From: Girardia tigrina
Taxonomy: Eukaryota
Direction of reading: 5' to 3'
Assembly: GCA_001938485.1 (NCBI GenBank)
Contig: MQRK01250900.1
Coordinates: 1-62,425 of the forward strand
DNA: 62,425 nt
Numbering within the stretch: position 1 is the stretch's first letter; every line of letters begins with the position of its first letter. The notes under the pieces were generated by a model. The model worked only from the letters and a program-made list of their open reading frames with translations. It had not been told where the DNA came from and did no database searches. The position numbers and the translations under genes are program-made. Positions 1-10,644 of the stretch are shown in pieces.

Positions 1-45
<45 letters not shown>
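1..45. repeat. (AT)n microsatellite (others at about 14717, 26966-27016, 27466-27511, 38705-38745, 49012-49130, 56876-56997, 57337-57392, 61794-61828)
   Basis: Directly visible dinucleotide runs. Confidence 0.95.
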
Positions 46-48
<3 letters not shown>

Positions 49-56
49 TTATTTTT

Positions 57-92
57 GACAACATGTTTCACCTTCACATGCATCTTCAGGTC
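57..92 (-). ncRNA. Minimal type I hammerhead ribozyme of a Penelope-like element remnant
   Basis: Minus strand reads GAC-CUGAAGA-U-GC(augugaag)GU-GAA-AC-AU-GU-U-GUC: CUGANGA and GAAA core, palindromic stem III (ACAUGU), GAC/GUC stem I; stem II is weak. Next to (AT)n. Confidence 0.55.
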
Positions 93-1099
93 TTATGTTT
101 GAGGTTTGTAAAGCGATCTTCTTTTACGTTGAGAAATAGAGGATGGATTTTATTAATTTTGTATTTTTTAATACTTTATACAAAAATTTATACTAGTGAT
201 CATACTCTGTTATAAGTTTGTCTAATTACTTTTGCCTTTAAATTTTAAATTTATTTATTCTAGATGCGATTGAACTTATGAACGGTATTGTATGTGAATA
301 ATGTATTCTGTATAGGTTTTACATCACAACATATTTACAAAAAAAGAGAAATTTACATTAAGTTCAGAATTTTTCATATTAAATTGAATTTTTTTAAAAA
401 AATGTTTTTTTACAAATTCGTGAATTTTAAAAAGTGAATGCGGAAATTATACGAATTCGGCATAACACATAAAAATCAACTTTTTTGCTAACAGATAAAG
501 GGTTCCGAAGCGATTTATTTTGATGGAAAATTAATCTAATTAGAAGGGGAGAAAAAAGTCAATATTATTGGATTATCATTTATTATTAATATTTCAAATG
601 AATATTTATTCTTTATTTTATATTTTTATTTTGATTTAAAATAAATGTCATTCTAATTGAATTGATTATAGATGTACACAGTGGTAACTCATGATATTTT
701 TCACAGATTCATGATATAGTTTTTACATTGACTAAATAGACTTATTCAAGTTAACTTTTCGGCATTGATTTCAAAAGGTGATCGTCGACACTTTAGATAA
801 TTCAAGTTATCAAAATCAAATACATTCAACTTAGGTCTCCTTTTTTGAACAGAACAAGTTCACATTGGGTTAAATACACAGATTTGATTTTTCAACAAAA
901 TTTAGTGAACAATCAACGCTATACAATTGATTATCATGTAAAAGACACAGTCATCATGATTACGATATTCTCCACCATCATCCCTTGTAAATCTTCTAAT
1001 TAAGTTACTATTTAACCATTTATGACAAACACTTTGCTACCGAAGAAAACAATTAAAATTGTCTTGATTTTACAATTATCACTTCTTGTTTGTTTAACT

Positions 1100-4000
1100 T
1101 GAGGTTAAGATTTAAACTTCCATTTGGCGTTTCGACGCTTCTTATCGAATCGTGCTGAAAACACTATTTCTCGTCAGTAGTGACAATAGTTTTCAGAAAG
1201 GTTGGAATATTATTGCTGCTCGTACGATCTCTTTAAAACAAATTTTCCACGACCTTTTTTTCCAAAATTCTCTTTCAAAGTTTGAATTGTTTCTTTGATT
1301 ATGGCTAATGCTTTTCACATAATTTTCTATATCACTTGGTGATCATTAAATAGAAATTCTTGCACTTTTCGCATTTGCCCTAGTATTCGAATTGTTATTG
1401 GTCTTATCATTCGTTTGTTGTCTACCGTCCAAAAATTGTTTATCATTTCAAAGTCTTTGAACGTGATAAACACTTCCATAAACTTTTAACACCAGTTTTA
1501 ATGTTTTTGTGAATACTGATGAAATTTCCGTGCATGATTGTTTTCCCTTGGAAAAAGATTTATAACTGAATATAATAAAATAACTCAATATATTTCGCAG
1601 CTTCTTTCATGACAAAGATTTTTACTCTGAAATTTACAACCGAATTGTGTTTATGCGCTAATACTGTGCATAAATCTTCGTGACTTATGTCTAAATTCGT
1701 ACACTTCAAAGATGTACCATAATTTATGTGCTCATAATTACTGAGCACGCAAACAAATCGAAATGTTTCTAGGGTGTTTATGAACTTTACTCTTGATTTA
1801 TTTGACTTTGCTCCGTGATGACGTGTCAAACATTGAGTACATAGTTTTTCATCAATTCTTAAAAGTCCATCAGCATTAGTATGCTCTTTTCCTTTCCGAT
1901 ATTCTAAAATAAAATTCTCGTTACCAATATTATCATCTTCACTCAAACTGCTACGATAGCTCCATAACTTGCATCCGTATCTAAAATCATTGTTTTCTTC
2001 ATATCCGGATATGCTAGTATTGGAGCTGTTGCCAATTCACTCTTCAACTTATTAAAACTCGACTTGCAATCTTCCGTCCAGTGAATTTTTTTCTCTTTTT
2101 CACTCAGCATAGCATACAATGGTGTGGTAATTAATGCGTAATTTTTAATGAACCTCCGATAATAGTTTTCTAACCCTAAAAATGACCTCAGCTGTGTAAT
2201 ACATCCTGGGCTTGGAGCTTGCATAATCTTTTTAATTTCGTTTCAACGCCCTTGTTGCTGATTGTGTGTCCTAAAAACTTAAGTCTTCTGGTTCCAAAAA
2301 CACATTTATATGGGTTTGCCATCAAACCAGATTGCTTAATTATTGTATATACTTGTTTTAATATACTTAAATGGTCTTCCTCATTATTAGCATAAATTAA
2401 TATATCGTCTAAATATACAATAACTCCTTTTTAAAGCAAATCCTTAAAAAATAAATTCATAAGGCTCTGGAAAGTTGCTGGAGCTGTGCATAATCCAAAC
2501 GGTAAGCGATTAAAACAAAATTGACCGATTTTAGTACTAAAAGCTGTTTTTAATTTTGATGCTTCATCCAGTTCCACCTGGTAATACGCTTGACCTAAAT
2601 CAATGGACGAAAAAATTACTGACGCCCCTAAAGTATCCAACAATGTGTAAATATCCGGTACAGGAAATGTAAATTTCTCCGTAACATTATTCAGTCGTCT
2701 AAAATCTAAACACATTCTGACGGATTTATCTTTTTTTCGGTACAATAACCAGAGGAGAATTCTAAGGACTCTTACATGACTTAATATTAGCTTTTAATAA
2801 ATCAACAACTAATTTATCAATCCTGTCTTCAAGATGCATGGGCTGGCGTCTAGGATTTGCAGAAATTGGTAGACCGGTAGTCCGGATTTCATGTTTGATT
2901 ACCGTTGTGGCCTAAATCAAATTTTGAAGCCATAAAAATTGATCCATATTCTTTAACAATTAAAGTTAATGGCAAGTTTGACTTGTCAATTAAACTCCTT
3001 AACGCGGCAGTAATACGATCACGATTATTAAATTTCAATTCCACGTCCGAAGTATCTATAGTATTCACTTCCGTTAACCCTATGCCACACATACTCATCA
3101 TATCGATTCCTCCAATAAATCCAGGGGATATATTTCGCACAATCACTATTCCTTTTTTCCCCTTAACACCGTCCCACAAAATATCAACATATATTTTACC
3201 TAAACACATTTCAGGACTTGTAGAAAAACACCTGAAAGTTTAATGTCTTCCTATCCGATGCCAGTTATCTTCGCTCATAACTGTGATTGAAGCACCGGGA
3301 TCCCATAACATTTCAACATTAATTCCATTTCAATTCATCAAACTCCATATTTTACCATCTGCCTTCTGGAACATCCCCTCTTTCATCACCTGTCTCATTC
3401 TTCATCCTCTATCTATGCCTTCAATCATATTTACTGACTCAACCCCTCCACGAGATAGGCACGAGGGGTTGATATCGGTTTTTTTCGTCCTTATCTTCTT
3501 CAATTTCCTGTAATTTTTCCTCGATCGAGTCATCAGTTTCATCATCATGAATGTACATTATTCGTCTTGAGAAAATTTGATTTGGTTTTGTTGCCAAATA
3601 ACAATCTTTGAATCTATGATCGTGCTTACCGCATATTAAACAACGATTTCTCAAGGGACATTCTCTTCTTTGATGGCTTATGTCTCCAAAACAGAAGCAT
3701 ACACCGGGACGGAGAACCTCCGGTTTCGGCGGGGCAATACCTCTACACTTATTATAAAATTTCTTTGCTATCATTTTCATAGATATCTGAGGCCTATTAT
3801 ACTGACCATATCGATCTTCAGACTGCCTTTGAGATGGGGTTGTGAGACGCAAATATCTATTTTCAAAAAACGATTATTATTACCGACAATAGGCTGTGAT
3901 CTGTCTGGAATTCGTGATGGCTGTCGAACGGAATGACTGGACTGTGTAAACTGAGGCGCATACTCTGGTTTGGTATTTCTGGATACCATTTCGGCATACT

Positions 4001-4604
4001 TAGGTTTGACCGCATTGGTCTCCTGAGGCATTGTCAATTTTTTCCAAATTGCAAGCCAGTTCTCGGCGCCTGTCATCACTTAATGAAGGATCCAACGCAA
4101 AAGACTCTCAATTTGTCACATTTAAGTCCCTGAAATACAAATAATCGAGTCATTTCTTCTGCGTATAACTTTAGATTGAAAATGTCATCCACCATTTTCC
4201 GAACTATAAACTCAAAACTTCGGTACTTCTCGTCAGCTCTTTGCTGAAGGACGACAAATCTTTCATTTTGTCAAAAACTGTCCGCACATCAACAAATGTT
4301 TCGGAAAACCATTTTTCCACTTCTTCATCGGCAATACTATCTCTGTGACTACTGAATTCTTGTCATAACTGCTTGGCATCCCCTCACAGTAACATATCGA
4401 ATGCAAAATTCAATTCCATGTGGTTGAAAATTGCAAAATCCTTGGTCGTTTGAATCCAATCTTCAGCCTAATCAGATACGCCATCAAAAAATGTTGGTTT
4501 AGGAACCAACAACTCTTGTGTCTTCTGCGGCAAATTGGAAAATATTTTCTGTCGTTCTACTCGCTTCGCTCTGGTAACTGCATTTAGTTCGGCGTGGTCG
4601 CCAG
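1100..4604 (-). mobile_element. Decayed Ty3/Gypsy LTR retrotransposon internal region (gag-PR-RT-RH-partial IN)
   Basis: Zinc knuckles CFCFGDISHQRREC and CLICGKHDHRFKDC (3439-3852), protease LWDPGAS (about 3290-3310), RT CLDFRRLN...LPFGL and YLDD (about 2404-2415), LRSFLGL and DTDAS, RNase H end NADGL. PBS-like TGGCGACCACGCCG at about 4590-4604. Many frameshifts and stops; paired LTRs not identified. Confidence 0.9.
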
Positions 4605-5099
4605 TTAGAAAATCAGTCATCTGCAATAAAATTTATTAAATAATTCAAAATGTGACACGCAATTACACAATCAAATAATTATTAAAACAACGTTTTATCT
4701 AACTAGAACATTTAATCTCGTGTCAGTAAAGAGTAGAATGGTTTAAAGGATGAATTCTCGATTCTGATTTAAAAATTCAATATTTTTAAAATACATTTTC
4801 TACAATGAGAAAAGAGAACATTGTAAGAGAATTGGTTGTAATTTTTAAAAATAATAATTGAACTGTTTACTGCCTAAGAAGATTTTAAAGATATTCTTTG
4901 GTATCACGTCAAAACGTCGAATATAAAACGTAGAAACGTTAAAACATCGAAAAAAGTTTTAACTTTTAATTAATAAATATAACTTAAGGGAATTAATTAA
5001 TAATTTAATGAAATTTCTAAATATACTTAAATTATTATTTTGATCACCGAAAATGCACAATTAATTATTCTCCGAATAATTAATAAACAACATATTAGT

Positions 5100-5470
5100 A
5101 ATGTTTTTAACTTTTTCAAATCAGGTGAGTCTTTTCCAAACTACCTTTCAGAAATTTACTCATATTTTCAAGAATATTATATGTGAACGGAACTTGATGA
5201 AATTTTAGGTAGGGTCAGTTTTCCATTGCATTTATGGCATGCAAGAACACATCTTTTTAATGATATTCCAAAAACTAATAATGCCATTGAATGATGGCAC
5301 AATTCGTTCAGAAATATATTTGGTATTCTGAATCCAACACTTAAAAAGTTTATGCAGAAAGTAAAATTTCCTTATGTTGACGAATGGTGAAACCATTAAG
5401 AGAAAAAAGAAATATGTGGTTTTTAATGAAAAGTTAATAGCTTTTTTAATAGACCGAGCCAAAAGAAATC
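5100..5470 (+). mobile_element. MULE transposase C-terminal remnant
   Basis: Manual translation gives LWHARTHLFNDIPKTNNAIE*WHNSFRNIFG, matching the MULE RTNNxxEGWHN motif. Confidence 0.6.
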
Positions 5471-5814
5471 CAGAAACATATATTTTGGAGTAGGCTGGTT
5501 TTATTTATTATTAATAAATATTTTTCGGTGTTTTAACGTGCCATGTATTCCTTGAAGGCAGTTATTTTGAGTATTAATTTAATAAAATAATTTCTTAATA
5601 TATTTGGATAAAAGTTATTGAAATATTTGATAAATTTTGTAGTACAGCTCAATGTTTAAATATGGCTTTATTAGTATTAAATTATTATTTACTAAATTTA
5701 GTTTACCAAATAAAATATTAGTTTCAAATGTTTTGAAGAAATATTAGGTAAAATAATTTGCGGCTTTCAAAAAGATTACTATATCTTATTTTAAACGGAA
5801 ATCAAAATTAATAG

Positions 5815-6551
5815 AAAAGAAGACTCTGCGTCAGTCTACTCAGTCAAAAACTGCTGAAACCCTTCGACAGAAAGAACTGGAATATAAGGAGAAAATGTTA
5901 AAAGAAATAGCTCTGCGCAAAAACGTACCCGAAGTTCGAAGATTAACACAAGAAGAATTATTAGAAGAAGCTAAAATAACCGAAGAAATTAATATCAGAT
6001 CTCTCGGTTAGTTTCCGCTTTCGACTTTATTTGCATTCCATGATGAATTTAGCTCAATATCAACGCCTGGAATTGGAAAAAAAGAAATCACGAGCACAGA
6101 AAGCCAAAGTGAAGGTTCCAATGATCCGGTATCATTCAGTTACTGTTCCATTGATCGATGAAAACGGCATTGATTTTGAGTTAAAATCTTTCTCGTACTT
6201 ATTTTTTTCAATTTGATTTTTTCCAGAGATAGTTTAACAAACGAAATTAAATCCCTTGGAATACCAGGTGAAACGAAATGTTCCCGAACATTTATCACAT
6301 TTGAGGACGATGCTTCATTCAACCACACATTTCCGCCGAATATTAAGCCGAAAGCCAAAGATAAATATTGTCCAATAACCGGAGAAAAAGCGAAATATTT
6401 CGACCCCCTCACAAAAACGCCCTACGCTAATTTAGCAGCGTTTCGAGTTCTCAGGAAACTGTACAGTATTCACAAACAAACCGGAGCAAAAGCCATTGAT
6501 TTAGTTCGTAAATTCCGGCGAGGAGAAGTGCATATTGCAGGGACCGATTAA
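5815..6551 (+). CDS. VPS72: Vacuolar protein sorting 72 / YL1 (SWR1/SRCAP H2A.Z chaperone), 3' exons 5815-6006, 6053-6194, 6227-6551
   Basis: LTQEELLEEAKITEEINIRSL, IRYHS, KCSRTFITF and the YL1_C motif CPITGEKAKYFDPLTKTPYANLAAFRVLR. GT-AG introns of 46 and 32 nt keep the frame; AATAAA about 27 nt after the stop. 5' exons not located. Confidence 0.92.
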
Positions 6552-6827
6552 TCAATGTTATAATCAATCAATGTCTTAATAAATGTTCTGAAAAATTGAT
6601 TTACTCTTTTCATTTGTTTTTCATTTGTAAATTATAAAGTGTGAGGAATGCGATTTTGTACTCTCATAGTGATCGTTTTTGGTAATTAAAATATAAATCT
6701 TCTAGAAATTGTTTTCTGAGACCAACTGTGGCGACAGAAAAAATTAAATATTGATATATTCAAATTTTGATATTTTTGATATATTGATATATTAAATATA
6801 TTCAGATCCAATATTCATATTAGTAAC

Positions 6828-7276
6828 TAGACGTGGGCACGTTTTAAAATTTTCTAAACGTTTAAACTGTCTTCGTTTAGCAAATTAAACGTTTAAAATT
6901 TTAATTATAAGCCAATACCAATACCTTTTCTTCAATGCAATACATTTCGTTTTTAAAACTTTTACTCGAAAAAAATTTAGAAAACCAACATATATAATTT
7001 AAATAATTTTACGTCTAACAAAAAAATTTACTGGAAATTTTGATGCAATTCTCAAATATGATATTAATGCCACTTTTAATATTTTGTATTTATAGTCCTT
7101 AGAAAAAGCTCAATAGATTCGGACAATGTGTTCTTTACAAGTGAATAGGCCTTACGTAGCGTGATAAAAGTTTCAAAAAAGTATAACCCATATCGTCAGT
7201 TTGAAATACGAACTTAATAACTATACGCTCGTTTATAAATCGCTAAACGTTTAAACGCGAAACGTGCCCACCTCTA
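6828..7276. mobile_element. hAT-like MITE
   Basis: TIRs TAGACGTGGGCACGTTT / AAACGTGCCCACCTCTA; degenerate 8-bp TSD ttagtaac/ttagtcaa; subterminal AAACGTTTAAA motifs. Confidence 0.7.
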
Positions 7277-7299
7277 TTAGTCAATCAAAATTTTTTTTA

Positions 7300-7600
7300 A
7301 TATCCATTTTTTATGCTGTTAGAAATCTATTTGGCCAAGAGAATTTTTTTTGTTATCTTTGTAGAAGAGAAACTTACTATTACATTTACTTTTTTTGCGT
7401 AATATATAAGTAGATATTTTTATACTAATATTGTTCAGGAAGACCTATTTAACCGAGTTTCCCATTTTGGGACCTTAAGAAGCTTCTTTGATCAAATTTT
7501 CACATAACCATTTATTGTCATCGAGAATGAGTAAGTGTGCAAAGTTTGAAGAAAATTAATTGAGTAAAAAGCCTTCAAAAATATGTTTCTAAATTCCATG
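7300..7600. repeat. Dispersed repeat family (inverted copy at about 43110-43440; short terminal piece at 38663-38703)
   Basis: cccattttgggacc...tttgatcaaattttcacataa...ttcaaaaatatgtttctaaattcc here matches the reverse complement of 43112-43260. Confidence 0.7.
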
Positions 7601-8193
7601 GTATTACTTCGATTTAACGCCGCGGCGTTTATTTCAAATGCTGAATCGAAGGTACGGCGTTAAATCGAAGGCGGCGTTTATTCGAGGGCGCGTTTATTTC
7701 AGAAATTAAAAAAATTAAAATTAAAAAAAACTATGCTTACGACTGGACATGAAAAAAGTCACATCACAGTGTGTCTGTCAGCTATGGCTGATGGACGTAA
7801 ATTGTTTGTCGTGTTTAAAGGAAAAAGAATACTGACGGAGTTGGTAGGAATATTAGGCGTTATCATTGAACTGTTTGACAATGGTTGGATGAAGCCTTAC
7901 AACACTATGACGTGGATTAACAAGGTGTCGGGTAACTTTGCCTTTCATCAGACTCTTGGTATGGGACTCATTCCGTTACCATTTAACCGCTGAGGCGTGA
8001 TATAAATAGGAGTGATATAATACTTTAATTAATAAAATTATACTGGTGCTTGAAACACAATATTACTTTTAGATATATTAATAAATTATGATTGATTGTA
8101 TAATTGTATTCTTTAATGCTGTGTTTATTCGAGGGCGGCGTTTATTATTAAATATCGCATAAGGATGCGGCGTTCAATCGAAGTAATACGGTA
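7601..8193 (+). mobile_element. Internally deleted pogo/Tigger-type DNA transposon
   Basis: TIR gtattacttcgatt / aatcgaagtaatacggta; repeated GCGGCGTTTATT subterminal motifs; DDE_1 fragment TTGHEKSHITVCLSAMADGRKL (7733-7993). Confidence 0.8.
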
Positions 8194-10644
8194 TATGGGA
8201 AAGTTGGAAAACACGAACTTTTTTTAATAATTTGGAAAGCATTAACTATTTCTTTAAAATTGGACAATACTTTTTTTTATAAAAATGAGAAAACACATTA
8301 ACTTTTTTTAAAAAAGTTAGGCAAATTTGTTTTAATATATTTAATAAAATTACTATTTTAAAGCCCTATGAATGCTTTTAACATGTAAATTTAAATGAAT
8401 TGTTTTTACTTGCTACTGTTACAATACAAATGACTTAACCTTCCCAATATTGACACCATCCAACATACATAGAAAGTTGTGAAAAAGTGGGTAATAACCT
8501 AACTCGATTATTACCATTACGTGTAAATGAGTCTACGCACATGAAGGACGGCGAACAATACGGGAAGGTCAGTTGACATGAGTATCGGTGGCTGAGAGCA
8601 CAGAGTTCCCGAGACTGAATGCGAATTAATAAATTGAAATACCAAAACCCCGAAAATGCCTTAAGAGCTCACCTGAGAGTGATGGAGGCCGGAAAAACGA
8701 CCCCGACGAAGATTGCCGACCAAGAGGTACTTAAAGTCTTAGAAAGAGACTGAAACATTGTCGGAGACCCCTGAGAAACCCTTGAAGAAATCTAAAAAAC
8801 CAAGGTAAAATTAAAATTAATTAAGAAAATTAATTAAAAACAAACCATCATCCGATTGCGAGACAGCTGTGGAGGCGAGATCCGAATCATCCTGAATGAG
8901 AGATAATTAAATCAGAACATCTTTATGACATGTTTACCAGAACGGCACAATCCGCTTGAATGCCGGTACAGTCGCGGAGATAGGGAGGCCAGTCTTCAAG
9001 CATCAGGTATGGGCCACATGAACAGCGATACAGCGGCATAATTATCTAAATTATAAAGTAATCAGATGGCAATCAGGAACGTAGATAGTTACCACCCGCA
9101 GTTTCATTGAATAGCAAGGACGGAAAATAAACAAATGAACCATAATAATCTCGCAATTCCTCGCATTCTACCACTGGTAGTTAAGTATCTATGAAGCACA
9201 GATACATCCTGCCGTGCTACACACAGGAGGTCGTGAAAACAGTTGCAGTTGTTCCCCCATCCTACAAGACAAGAACATGCCACCTGTTACACACAAATGT
9301 GTAGGTGCGCAGGCAGGCTCAGATTATAAATCGCAGTATAAATAGCGAATCTATTCGTATAGCAAACACAATAACTTATCACGCAATTTTAAAATACCCA
9401 AAACGACAACCTTATTTATTAATATTTTATTCTGCACAACCAGTGATTTTCCATTAATTATCTGCACGAGTGTCTCAAAGTTTTGATTCATTTGGTTTAT
9501 TTTCAATTATTTATTCGCTCGAGCTTCTTGAAGAAGAAATTGAATTTTTGCGAAGTGGCGATATAATTGCATCAGTAATTTTTACATTTGTATTTATTTG
9601 ATTTTATGGAACGTTTTGGTTCTATATATAATTTTATGTTTAATTATCGAATATATCTTTAAAAATATTTTGGTTCTGGATATAATTTTTATGTTGTTTT
9701 GATTCTGCATATAATTTTGTTGAATCTAACTTTAAAGAAAGGCTTAGTCATTTTCTTTATGCAATTCCATTTTAGAGAATATTTTGATGATTATAAATGA
9801 GTAGAGTTAGTTGCTTTATATAGCTGCACAGGTGGATTTAATCTGTTTGTATAATCTCACTGGAAATATCTTTCTGGGACGTTAGTCCTTTACCCAAGAT
9901 TGTCATAGTCATTGTACGCAATCTTACTTTTGAAAATTATTTGGAGCGACGAGATTTCTTAATAAGGAGTCGCGTCTATTCGAGATACCTTCAATGCCTG
10001 AGAATAACTGTCCCGTTTCTAACGCCTCCGTCGATCCTCCCGTTTTACTGTTAATAAGTAAGGGATACTTTCGTTGCCTGCTGGACAATAATATTCAGTT
10101 GAATTTTCAAATATTGTTGAAGTAACTTTTTTATTGCTTTTTGCCCATTGATAACCTTCAGCCCATTTTTGCAGTTCAATAGTTGGTTTCTCTTTAAATT
10201 TTTTATCATTATTTGCGTATTGTCTTGACCATTTTGAAACTGTGTCCAAACATTGTTCCAAAAACCGAGATAAAGGTATTCTTTCTCTGAATGTTTTTTC
10301 TTTTTTTATAACTAGATTGTGCGATTCTAACGCATTGTTTTGAGATGGTGTGTTATGAGCTGCTCCTTCGTACCAGTTTTGATGCATTGAAAACCAGATT
10401 TGCTTCATGTATTCGATAGATACCTTATGTTTTTTGGTAAGTAACTTTTTAATAAGCAAATCTTTTGTTTTCTCAAACACGTCTTTACTGCATGCCAATT
10501 GAAGTGTATCGATATCTTCCATAATATTTTCATGAAATTCCTCATCGGTTACATGAATATTTTTCACCACATTGCGATGCATATGAACCCAGCACACGAA
10601 TAGTAACTTATTTTCGCCAAACAGTTCTTTGAAAGCATTACAAA

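Noticed and set aside
1125-1185. Possible hammerhead (CUGACGA...GAAAC on the minus strand)
   Set aside because: No convincing stem II or stem I pairing.
5722-5747. Upstream VPS72 micro-exon (FKCFEEIL)
   Set aside because: Splice sites and phase are compatible, but there is no recognisable YL1 similarity.
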